Positions 33,938-43,357 of a DNA stretch of 45,193 nt are shown piece by piece. This DNA is from an uncultured Clostridium sp. (GTDB lineage: Bacteria; Bacillota; Clostridia; TANB77; CAG-465). The stretch is taken from the NCBI GenBank assembly GCA_964481385.1, contig CAYZTN010000003.1, positions 1-45,193 of the forward strand, given 5' to 3'. How positions within the stretch are numbered: position 1 is the first letter of the stretch; every line of letters starts with the position of its first letter. The notes beneath the pieces are model-generated. The model had not been told where the DNA came from, did not search any database, and worked only from the letters and a program-made list of their open reading frames with translations. Made by a program: the position numbers and the translations under genes.

Positions 33938-35167
33938 TTATATAGTAACTTTCACAAAAACTTTTTTACCTTTTTTTACTACAATATATCCTTTTGAAAA
34001 TTCTGATAAAGCAATTTTAGCAAATGCGTCAGTTACTTTTTCATCATCTATTGAAATTCCACCTTGCATAATTAGTTGTTTGGCTTCAGACTTAGAAGAA
34101 GTTATTTTGGCATTAACTAGCACATCTGTAACAAACATTTCTTCGCCTGTAAAGTCTATATGAACAGTTGGCATGTTATCTACGTTGCCTTTGTTTCCAA
34201 ATAACGCTTCAGCAGTTTTTTCTGCCTCAAGTGCTGCAGCTTCGCCATGTACAAGTTTAGTAATTTCAAATGCAAGAAGTTTTTTTGCTTCGTTAATTTG
34301 TTCGCCAGGAAGATTAGACAACCTTTCTACTTCGTCCATAGGAATAAATGTTAGCATTCTTAACACTTGATTTACTTCGCTATCAGCTATATTTCTCCAG
34401 TATTGGTAGAACTCATAAGGTGTAGTTTTATCTTTATCTAGCCACAAAGCACCTTTTTCTGTTTTACCCATTTTTTTGCCATCAGCAGTTAGAAGTAGAG
34501 GGCAAGTTAAGCAAAAGCTTCCTTCACTATGTATCTTTCTAATTAAACTTACACCAGCTAGCATATTTGACCATTGATCATCACCACCAATTTCAAGCTT
34601 ACAATTTTCTTTTTCAAATAATCTTAAAAAGTCGTAGCTTTGCATTAACATGTAATTAAGTTCAAAGAAAGTTAAGCCTCTTTCCATACGTTGTTTGAAA
34701 CACTCTGCTGCAAGCATTTGGTTTACATTAAAGTAAACGCCATATGTTCTAATAAAGTCCATGTAATTTAAATTAAGTATCCAATCTGCATTGTTTACAA
34801 TGATTGCTGCATTTTCGCCTTCAAATGAAACAAACTTGCTTACTTGTTCTTTTATTTTCGCAACATTTTTTTCAATATCTTCACGAGTTAACATTTTTCT
34901 CATATCTGTTTTACCAGATGGATCACCTATCATAGCGGTGCCACCGCCCATAAGAATTATTGGCCTGTGTCCATGTTTTTGAAAATATGACATAAGCATA
35001 AGTGGGATAAAGTGCCCTATATGTATACTATCTGCTGTAGGGTCAATTCCTAGATATACAGATATTTTTTCCTTTTCCACAAGTTCTTTAAATTCGTCTT
35101 CAAAAGCTATTTGTTTTATTAAATCTCTAGATTTTAATTCGTCATATACAGTTTTAAATTCTGTCAT
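33938..35167 (-). CDS. tyrS: Tyrosine--tRNA ligase
   Basis: GIDPTADSIHIGH, IGDPSGK, GGDDQWSN, KMGKT, C-terminal S4 domain; ATG after GAGGTG. Confidence 0.97.
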   Translation of the reverse strand: MTEFKTVYDELKSRDLIKQIAFEDEFKELVEKEKISVYLGIDPTADSIHIGHFIPLMLMSYFQKHGHRPIILMGGGTAMIGDPSGKTDMRKMLTREDIEKNVAKIKEQVSKFVSFEGENAAIIVNNADWILNLNYMDFIRTYGVYFNVNQMLAAECFKQRMERGLTFFELNYMLMQSYDFLRLFEKENCKLEIGGDDQWSNMLAGVSLIRKIHSEGSFCLTCPLLLTADGKKMGKTEKGALWLDKDKTTPYEFYQYWRNIADSEVNQVLRMLTFIPMDEVERLSNLPGEQINEAKKLLAFEITKLVHGEAAALEAEKTAEALFGNKGNVDNMPTVHIDFTGEEMFVTDVLVNAKITSSKSEAKQLIMQGGISIDDEKVTDAFAKIALSEFSKGYIVVKKGKKVFVKVTI

Positions 35168-35254
35168 AATACTCACCTCAATAGTTTACATTATACCATA
35201 AAATATGTAAAATACAAGAACTAATATTTGAGCACCATGTATCAAAAACGTGAA

Positions 35255-35296
35255 CCTCAATTGAAAAACCAACTGAATTTACTTTTTCAATTGAGG
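35255..35296. repeat. 14-bp perfect inverted repeat in the tyrS/yqeG divergent gap
   Basis: CCTCAATTGAAAAA-14 bp-TTTTTCAATTGAGG. Confidence 0.7.
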
Positions 35297-35387
35297 ATCG
35301 ATGAAATGACCCTGTTCCATTTCAAATTCTAATTGACATATTCATAATTTAATGATAACATATCTTGTGTACGAGGGGAGTTAACAC

Positions 35388-35900
35388 ATGAATAAAAAAT
35401 TTAAACCAACATATATGTTTGATGCAGTGCAAGATATTTCAGTCGAATTTTTGAAAAAAGAAAATATAACAGCTGTTTTGTTGGATATAGATAATACGAT
35501 AATTACAGGTTCATACAAAATGAGTAAAGAAGTAGATAAGTGGTTAAGAAGTGTTACAAAAGCAGGAATACAGATTTGTATTTTAAGTAATACATGGAAT
35601 TTTAATAAAGTAAAAAGACTAATGCTTAAGTATGATATAAACGGACTTCCTAGAGCGCAAAAACCTAAAGAAAAAGGCTTTAAAATGGCATATAACGTAT
35701 TAGGTGTTCCAAAAGAAAATATGGCAATGATAGGCGACCAAATATTTACCGATGTGCTTGGTGCAAATAAGTTTGGCATTAGGTCTATACATGTAAAACC
35801 TATAACAAAAGTTGAGTGGTGGGGAACTGCTATAAAACGTCCATTTGAACATTTAGTTCTAAAAAATTTAGATAAAAAAAGAGGAGAAAAAAGCAAATGA
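35388..35900 (+). CDS. YqeG family HAD IIIA phosphatase
   Basis: LLDIDNT, ILSN, AQKP, MIGDQIFTDVLGAN. Confidence 0.92.
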   Translation: MNKKFKPTYMFDAVQDISVEFLKKENITAVLLDIDNTIITGSYKMSKEVDKWLRSVTKAGIQICILSNTWNFNKVKRLMLKYDINGLPRAQKPKEKGFKMAYNVLGVPKENMAMIGDQIFTDVLGANKFGIRSIHVKPITKVEWWGTAIKRPFEHLVLKNLDKKRGEKSK

Positions 35901-36646
35901 TAAAATACATTATAGTGAGTTTGCTAGGTGTTATTTTAGGACAAGTTTCTAGACATTTAATTAGAAGGCTACCTGAAATAATAGAAGAAGAAAATGCTGT
36001 GAAACTACTTATACCAACACTAAAAAAAGATTTTAAAGTAGATGCAATTTGTTCTTTAGTAAACATAGTAATATTTAACTTACTAGTATATTTTTTAGGA
36101 CTAAATTTTCAGAGCGTAATGCATATGCTGGTTATATCTTGTTTGCAAGTTGTTTTTGTAATAGATTACTCTATACAGCTTATTCCGGATACTATGCAAG
36201 TTTTACTAGGTATGCTTGGAATTGTTAATGTAGGTGTTGCCTTTGCGACTTCTGGAGTTACAGTAGGACTAGATTATATTTTTGGCGGAATTATTGGTGG
36301 CGCTATTTTTTATATGTTAGGCTTGCTTGGTAAATTAATATTTAAAAAAGAATCCATGGGCTTTGGTGATGTAAAGCTAATGGTTGGAATTGGTCTAATG
36401 TTCGGAATTAAGGCTACACTTACAATTACGCTTGTTTCATTTTTCATATCTGCAATTATTTCAATTTTACTTATAGTATGTAGAGTGAAAAAAATGGATA
36501 GTTACATACCGTTTGGTCCGTTTATAGTAATTGCGTGTGTTGCAGTTATGTTTACAGGATATAACATATACATTGAGTGGTTTATAGCGTTATGTACAGC
36601 ACTTAGTACATATTTTACAGATTTAATATTTAAAATTATAAATTAA
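35897..36646 (+). CDS. Prepilin peptidase (A24 family), lacking N-terminal Zn-Cys pairs
   Basis: IDYSIQLIPD and MGFGDVKL catalytic Asp motifs, IPFGPF. Confidence 0.9.
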   Translation: MIKYIIVSLLGVILGQVSRHLIRRLPEIIEEENAVKLLIPTLKKDFKVDAICSLVNIVIFNLLVYFLGLNFQSVMHMLVISCLQVVFVIDYSIQLIPDTMQVLLGMLGIVNVGVAFATSGVTVGLDYIFGGIIGGAIFYMLGLLGKLIFKKESMGFGDVKLMVGIGLMFGIKATLTITLVSFFISAIISILLIVCRVKKMDSYIPFGPFIVIACVAVMFTGYNIYIEWFIALCTALSTYFTDLIFKIIN

Positions 36647-36659
36647 AGGGGGAGTTTTT

Positions 36660-37511
36660 GTGATAAAATTTGGACCAGCTGGAAATGATGAGGAATTCTA
36701 TAACTCTGGCTTCAAAAGTTCAGAGCAAATGCCGGAATTTTTAGCAACTCGTGGGTTAACTGCTTACGAGTATCAATGTTCAAGAGGAGTTAGAGTAAGT
36801 GATGAAAAGGCTGCAAAGTTAAAGGAAATGGCAGAAAAATACAATATATCTCTTAGTGTTCATAGCCCATATTACATCTCTTTGTCTACACAAGAAGAGA
36901 AAAAGAAGATTTCAACAATAAAATATATTACAGATAGTATGGCTGCTGCAAAGAAAATGGGAGCAACGCGTGTTGTAGTACATGCTGGTTCTCTTTTGGG
37001 ACTAGATAGAAGCTATGCGGTAGAGTCTGCGTGTCAGCTTTTAAAAAGAGCATATGATGAGGCAGATAAATTGGGACTGGGAGATATAGCACTTTGTCCT
37101 GAAACAATGGGAAAAATAAACCAATTAGGAGATTCAAAAGAAATAATTAAGATGTGTAAAATGGACGATCGCCTTATTCCCACAATAGATTTTGGACATT
37201 TGTACTGCAGACATCTGGGTGCGTTAAATAGTGTTGAAGCTTGGGAAAAAGAACTTCAAATGTATATTGATGAGCTAGGATATGACAGAATGAAACATTT
37301 TCATAGTCATTTAAGTCAGATGGAGTATACTGAAAACGGTGGAGAAAAGTGCCATGTTACATTTGGTGAAGGTAAGGGACCAGACTATGCATATGTATTG
37401 CAAGCTATTAAAAAATTGAAGCTTGAGCCTACGATCATATGTGAATCTGCAGGAACTCAGACTCGTGATAGTGTTACGTTGAAGGAAGCGTATGAGAGAT
37501 ATGAAAAATAA
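36660..37511 (+). CDS. Endonuclease IV-like TIM-barrel protein
   Basis: SVHSPYYI, VVHAG, CPETMGK, DFGH, HSH, GEKCH, ICES. Confidence 0.85.
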   Translation: MIKFGPAGNDEEFYNSGFKSSEQMPEFLATRGLTAYEYQCSRGVRVSDEKAAKLKEMAEKYNISLSVHSPYYISLSTQEEKKKISTIKYITDSMAAAKKMGATRVVVHAGSLLGLDRSYAVESACQLLKRAYDEADKLGLGDIALCPETMGKINQLGDSKEIIKMCKMDDRLIPTIDFGHLYCRHLGALNSVEAWEKELQMYIDELGYDRMKHFHSHLSQMEYTENGGEKCHVTFGEGKGPDYAYVLQAIKKLKLEPTIICESAGTQTRDSVTLKEAYERYEK

Positions 37512-37836
37512 TGTATGGACGTGTGTAAGATTAATATTGTACTTTATCGTTATATTTGCGATTGTACTTTGTGCAAAAGGTAGAATGAATATGAGGTGTA
37601 TTTTTTTAGAAAAATTTGGTTTTACATGTCCTACTTGTGGTGCTACTAGGGCTACTTTTGCTATGTTAAGTGGAAATATCTTATCTGCGATAGAATATAA
37701 CGCATTTTATAGTTTGGTTATATTTCCATTTGTTGTAATTTTTATTTTAGAAGATTTTTATGTTATTATAACAAGAAGTATATTTAAAAAATCAAAATTT
37801 TCATTAATTGAAATTATGTTCGGAGGTAAAGTATGA
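37501..37836 (+). CDS. DUF2752 family membrane protein
   Basis: C.F...G..CPTCGATRA motif, YNA. Confidence 0.85.
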   Translation: MKNNVWTCVRLILYFIVIFAIVLCAKGRMNMRCIFLEKFGFTCPTCGATRATFAMLSGNILSAIEYNAFYSLVIFPFVVIFILEDFYVIITRSIFKKSKFSLIEIMFGGKV

Positions 37837-38027
37837 GTGGTTTTTTGGATGTAATTTCGATAAGTATAATAATATCCGGAATAGGATATATGTTTTGTTT
37901 AATATTAACACTAAAAAAAATACGAGAAGGAAAAATTAAAAAAGAGAAATTGAGTAATGCTTATGCATATATAATAATCATAGCAATATTGTATATATTG
38001 TTTTGGTTAACAAAAATAAAACAATAG
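37833..38027 (+). CDS. Small 2-TM hypothetical protein
   Basis: ATGA overlap, GGAGG RBS, two hydrophobic segments. Confidence 0.65.
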   Translation: MSGFLDVISISIIISGIGYMFCLILTLKKIREGKIKKEKLSNAYAYIIIIAILYILFWLTKIKQ

Positions 38028-38052
38028 GACCATATATAGCCCTATTGTTTTT
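38019..38052. terminator. Bidirectional terminator between convergent genes
   Basis: AAAACAATAGG...CCTATTGTTTT. Confidence 0.55.
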
Positions 38053-38056
38053 TCAA

Positions 38057-38362
38057 TTAGTAAGAAATGCTATTAAATTCATTAACCCAATCTCCGAGAA
38101 TTGCAAATCCAGCTAGAGCTAATATCCATACTAATATTACTATAGCTAAAGCAATTATTCCTAAAACGAGACCCGCCTTTGCCATACCAGCGCCACCTTT
38201 TTTCTTTCCTAGTATACCAAATATTATTGCAAGTATAGCACAAGGAATAGAAACATAAGAGAAGCAGAAAAGTACAACTGATACTATACCTAAAACTAAA
38301 GCTGCAATACTCATACCTTTCTTCTCAACAGGTGCATTTACTGTATTGTTTTCGTTTTCCAT
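38057..38362 (-). CDS. DUF4190-like membrane protein
   Basis: GMSIAALVLGIVS...AIIFGILG...MAKAGLVLGII; AGGAGG RBS. Confidence 0.8.
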   Translation of the reverse strand: MENENNTVNAPVEKKGMSIAALVLGIVSVVLFCFSYVSIPCAILAIIFGILGKKKGGAGMAKAGLVLGIIALAIVILVWILALAGFAILGDWVNEFNSISY

Positions 38363-38435
38363 AAAAACCCTCCTTTGTCTTTTGACATTTTAAAAATATC
38401 ATAAAGTAAGGAGGATGTCAACACAAAAGTGAAAT

Positions 38436-38921
38436 TTATACGTTATTTTCAGGTGGATTAACATATGTGTTTGCTGGAGTTGGAATTTTAATAATAGATT
38501 CAACTTTAATTACCGGCATATCCGTCATATAATATCCCTGAGTTATAGTTCCAGTTATTTCTACCCATTCATTTTCTTTAAGTTCAGATAGTTTATCATA
38601 TTCACATAAAAAGCCAACTACTTTTTCATCGTTATCTAGCAACATATTCCTGCCACACACAAAGTTATTTTCTTTAAAGTCTGGCAGTGTAAATACAAAG
38701 CCTGAAAGCTTAATAGTTTTCCCTATATTATCTGGAATATTATCATGGATAGATTTTAAATAATTTGTAAAATTTTCTTCGGTTAAAGTATAATCAAAAT
38801 TTGTAGCTTTTAACATTTTAATAGCACTAGTTCCTTCTACCAGAAGTACCACTATAATTGCTATAATAATACACGTAATAAGTATTTTTTTACCATTTAA
38901 TTTTATATTACATATAAACAT
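38436..38921 (-). CDS. Membrane-anchored protein resembling the TIGR03943/DUF1980 C-terminal domain
   Basis: N-terminal TM; IGKTIKLSGFV, VGFLC, EWVEITG, final P..TYV. Confidence 0.65.
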   Translation of the reverse strand: MFICNIKLNGKKILITCIIIAIIVVLLVEGTSAIKMLKATNFDYTLTEENFTNYLKSIHDNIPDNIGKTIKLSGFVFTLPDFKENNFVCGRNMLLDNDEKVVGFLCEYDKLSELKENEWVEITGTITQGYYMTDMPVIKVESIIKIPTPANTYVNPPENNV

Positions 38922-39059
38922 ATTTCACCTCAAAGTCTTTAATAAATTTTATGCAGTGGCTTATACTATATGCACGAATTTGTGTAAAAGTTTATACCGA
39001 ATCGTTGCAAGCTAAGAATTTTTGGTATAAAATTTAAAAATAAGAGGAAGGGTAAAATT

Positions 39060-40211
39060 ATGGAAAACAAAATAAAAAGCGGTATTTCGCTTATAGTTTT
39101 AGTTATAACTATACTTGTTTTAGCCATACTTGCTGCAACAGTAATAATAAGCTTAAGTAGTACAAATGTAATTAGTGAGACAAATCAAACTACTTTTAAG
39201 CAAGATATGGCAAGTTACAAAGAAGCGTATGAGTTTTACGTGACAAATAAGCTTGCTGAAAATCCTGACTTTGACAGAAGTAGTCACAATGTAACATCTG
39301 AAAGTGACGAATACGAAAAAATATTTGGAAGTGTACCAGATAAGTACAAAGATGGACTAAAGGTTGTAAAAGGAAAATTAGTATATGTAACAGACGATGA
39401 AACAGAAAAAGCAGTGTTAGAAGAGATAGCAATAGCGTCAAGAGATACAAGTGTAATAGGAACAGAAAAGATAATTGTCGATGGAGAAGAAAGAAGTAAA
39501 TATATAGGATACTTTGCAGATGTAGATGGAGATGGTACAGTAGATGGAGTTATATTTGCAGACTTAGCACACACTGTAACAGAAAAACAGTGGCCTAATT
39601 CCAATGGAGCATTTGAATATAATGCAGTAAGTGGATTAAAAAATTATGAAATAAGTCAAGCAAGTTATACTGTAACAGGATATGGGTCAAAGCCAGTATT
39701 AAAAGCCACAGGAAGTGGAGCAGACAGATTTTATGTAATGTCACTAAGTAACTTTACAATATCAGGTTATACAGATTTTTATTGGTATACTACTTTGTTT
39801 GATATAGACAATACATCACGAACATCTGATGCTTTTGGAAGTGGTAAACAAAATACAGTAAATATGATATCAGACTGGACAGCTGATACAAATAGTAGTA
39901 AGAACGCAAGAGATATGTGGGGAGTAATAAAGCAAAAAGTATATGGACTAAGCAGTGCAAGTGATAGTATTACGGGAAAAGAAGTATCTGATGTAGAATG
40001 GTTTGTACCATCAAAAGCTGAGTGGGTAGCATTTGGCTATGCGTTACGTTTAACAAGCTCAAACTATGAAAGTTATGGGTTGTCTGACTATTACTGGTCG
40101 TCGTCTATAGGCAATTCTTTCGGCGCGTGGTGTGCACACTTTGGCAGGGACGACATGCTCATCGGCTACCTTAATAGCAGCACCTCTGTGCGCTTGGCCA
40201 CGACTTTCTAA
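39060..40211 (+). CDS. Type IV pilin-like protein with C-terminal C-type-lectin-like (DGR-target-type) domain, paralog B
   Basis: KSG|ISLIVLVITILVLAILA N-terminus; WFVPSKAEW...YWSSS...AW...VRLATTF; GC-richer 3' end. Confidence 0.7.
   Translation: MENKIKSGISLIVLVITILVLAILAATVIISLSSTNVISETNQTTFKQDMASYKEAYEFYVTNKLAENPDFDRSSHNVTSESDEYEKIFGSVPDKYKDGLKVVKGKLVYVTDDETEKAVLEEIAIASRDTSVIGTEKIIVDGEERSKYIGYFADVDGDGTVDGVIFADLAHTVTEKQWPNSNGAFEYNAVSGLKNYEISQASYTVTGYGSKPVLKATGSGADRFYVMSLSNFTISGYTDFYWYTTLFDIDNTSRTSDAFGSGKQNTVNMISDWTADTNSSKNARDMWGVIKQKVYGLSSASDSITGKEVSDVEWFVPSKAEWVAFGYALRLTSSNYESYGLSDYYWSSSIGNSFGAWCAHFGRDDMLIGYLNSSTSVRLATTF
40092..40211 (+). other. Putative DGR variable region (VR)
   Basis: Abrupt switch to C-ending codons (GGC TTC GGC CAC GGC GAC GAC CTC ATC GGC TAC AGC AGC ACC) between fixed TAC TGG TCG TCG TCT, GCG TGG and GTG CGC TTG GCC. 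Confidence 0.6.
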
Positions 40212-40235
40212 TTTTGCAAAACATAAGTATCAAAG

Positions 40236-40271
40236 TTAAAACATCAACAAGTATTCTTGTTGGTGTTTTAA
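40236..40271 (+). terminator. Hairpin downstream of paralog B (terminator and/or DGR homing hairpin)
   Basis: TTAAAACATCAACAAG-TATT-CTTGTTGGTGTTTTAA. Confidence 0.6.
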
Positions 40272-40415
40272 TGCTTTTTAACGAATGTGATATACACATT
40301 TTCCCTGCACTTTTTATGTGAAGTTTTACATATATAAATAAATTCTTCTTCCTCTATTTTATTTTCCCCCTCACTGTGATATAATTGGCGTAACTTAAGA
40401 AAAGGAGCAATAAAT

Positions 40416-43194
40416 ATGAGTTTTTTAGAAAAAATATTTGGATCATATAGTGCAAAAGAAATTAAAAAAATACTACCTTTAGTAGATAAAATAGAAGGGC
40501 TAGAAGATACATTTTCAAAGTATACAGACGAAGAATTAACTGCTATGACTGCAAAGTTTAAAGAAAGGTTAAATTCTGGAGAGACCCTAGAAGATATCTT
40601 ACCAGAAGCTTTTGCGGTGGTAAGAGAAGTATCTAAAAGAGTGCTTGGTATGAGACACTTTAGAGTGCAATTAATTGGTGGAATTATTTTGCACCAAGGA
40701 AGAATCGCTGAAATGAAAACAGGTGAAGGAAAAACACTTGTTGTAACACTTCCAGCATATCTTAATGCTTTAACTAGTAAAGGTGTGCATATTGTTACAG
40801 TAAACGATTATCTTGCAACATACCATAGTGCATGGATGGGAAAACTATACAAAGCACTAGGCCTTACAGTAGGACTTGTAGTGCCAGGAATGACTGCAGA
40901 GGATAAGAGAAAAGCATATGCAGCAGATATAACTTACGGAACAAACAATGAGTTCGGTTTTGATTATCTAAGAGATAATATGTGTGTATCTAAAGACCAA
41001 ATGGTACAGCGTGAACTAAGTTACGCGGTAGTAGATGAAGTAGATAGTATTCTAATAGACGAGGCACGAACTCCCCTAATTATTTCAGGTATGGGAGAAA
41101 AATCTACTGAGCTTTATGAAAAAGCAGATAAACTAGTAAAGACACTTCGCCCAAGAGTTATGGTAGAGCATGACACAAAAGAGTTTGACGAAACAGATGA
41201 GGACTATGACTATATTGTAGACCTAAAGGCAAAATCTACATCACTTACTGAGACAGGAACAACAAAGTGCGAGAAGTATTTTGGAATAGAGAGTTTGTCT
41301 GATGTAGAAAATATGAAAATAGCACACGCAATAAATCAGTCACTTAAAGCATATGGAATTATGAAAAAAGACATAGATTACATTGAAAAAGACGGTCAAA
41401 TTTTAATTATAGACGAGTTTACAGGACGTATAATGCAAGGAAGAAGATATTCAGAAGGACTTCACCAAGCAATAGAAGCAAAAGAAGGAGTACGTGTGGC
41501 AAATGAATCTAAAACACTTGCAACAATTACCTTTCAAAACTACTTTAGACTGTATTCAAAACTTGCAGGTATGACAGGTACAGCTAAGTCTGAAGAAAAC
41601 GAATTTAAACAAATATTTGGACTAGATGTAGTTGAAATTCCAACAAACAAGCCAGTTGTGCGTCAAGATTTAAATGATGTTGTATATACTACTGAAAAAG
41701 GTAAGTTTAATGCAATAGTAGAAGATGTAAAGAAAAGCTATGAAAAAGGACAACCAGTTTTAGTAGGTACGGTGTCTATTGAAAAGTCTGAGTATTTAAG
41801 CAAGCTTTTAAGGCTAGCCAAAATACCACACGAAGTGTTAAATGCAAAACAACACCAAAGAGAAGCAGAAATTGTAGCACAAGCAGGTAAATTTAAAACA
41901 GTTACTATTGCTACAAATATGGCTGGTCGTGGTACAGATATTTTGCTAGGTGGTAACCCAGAGTTTTTAGCAAGACGTGAACTTGAAAAACGTGGACTAG
42001 ACTTAGAAACAATAGAAGCTGCTATTAGTCCAAAGTCAAGTGAAGATGAAGAAATAAATAAGCTAAAGAAAGAATACAAAGAGCTTGAAAATAAGTTTAA
42101 AGAAGAACTTAAAGACGAAAAACAAAAAGTAATTGATGTTGGTGGCCTTAAAATTATAGGTAGTGAACGACATGAATCTCGTAGAATAGATAACCAGTTA
42201 AGAGGACGTGCTGGACGTCAAGGAGACCCAGGTGAGTCACGATTCTATATTTCACTAGAAGACGACCTAATGAAACTATTTGGCTCAGATAGAATACAAG
42301 CACTCGCTGGCATGATGGGCCTTCCAGAAGATACACCAATAGAGCAAAAAATGGTATCTAATGCAATAGAAACTGCACAGAAAAAAGTAGAAGGCAGAAA
42401 CTTTAGTATTCGTAAGAGCGTACTGGAATATGACGATGTAATGAATAAACAAAGAAATATTATATATTCACAACGTAAGCAAATACTTGACTCAGACGAA
42501 ATATCTCACGATATACTAAAGATGGCTAAAACTAGAATTGGTAAGCTTCTAGATATGTACTTTATGAATGTAGAACATAATCACGAAGTAGACGTTGAGG
42601 CGGTAAATGTTAATCTTAAAGCATATTTTGGAATAGATAATATGATAGCTAAAGAGGAAATACATGAAGATGTTGAAACGCTTAAAGAAAAAGTATTAGA
42701 TAAAGCAACTGAGAAGTATATGGCAAAAAGAGAAAAGTTTGAAAAACAAGGAATTATAGACAACTATAATCAACTTGAAAAATTCTTAATGCTTAAAAAT
42801 GTAGACGATAAATGGATGGCTCATATTGATGATATGGCACATTTAAAAGAGGGAATATTCCTAAGAGCATATGGTCAAACTAATCCAATCGACGCATATA
42901 AAGTGGAGAGCTTTGATTTGTTTAATGATATGGTGCAAGCTATTCAAGAAGATACAATTAAAACTGTATTTAGCATAGCATATAACGATGACGACGCTAA
43001 ACGCGATATATCTCGTTTGCAGAATAGGAATGTGAATTTAAATAACATTAAAATGGCAAATGCAGCTTTTGGTGCTGGTGCTAAAGAGGTAAAGCGTGAG
43101 CCAGTAAAAGTAGCTAAAACTGTGGGTAGGAACGAACCTTGCCCTTGCCGGAAGCGGTCGTAAGTATAAGCAATGCTGTGGTAAAGGAGAATAA
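40416..43194 (+). CDS. secA: Preprotein translocase ATPase SecA, about 925 aa if the +1 shift at CGGA 43149-43152 is used (frame 0 stops at 43163)
   Basis: MKTGEGKT, DEVDSILIDEARTPLIISG, TNMAGRGTDI, QLRGRAGRQGDPG; the SEC-C motif is completed only in the +1 frame (GSGRKYKQCCGKGE*). Confidence 0.96.
43149..43152 (+). other. Putative +1 recoding site CGGA in secA
   Basis: TGC CCT TGC CGG A AGC GGT CGT AAG TAT AAG CAA TGC TGT. Confidence 0.7.
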
Positions 43195-43357
43195 AATAAG
43201 GAAAAAATAGAATTTATAAAAAATTAAATTGGTTCGATTTTTATTAACTTGTGCACAATAACTTAAATTTGTAGACAAATTTCGTTGAAATTAAGGGATG
43301 TCAGCAAAAAGTAATTTGTTGACATCTTTTTAATGAAATATTAGAAGGAGAAATATA

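Noticed and set aside
33800-34163. Small ORFs 33800-33997 and 33876-34163
   Set aside because: They run through the repeat doublet and antisense into tyrS; no RBS.
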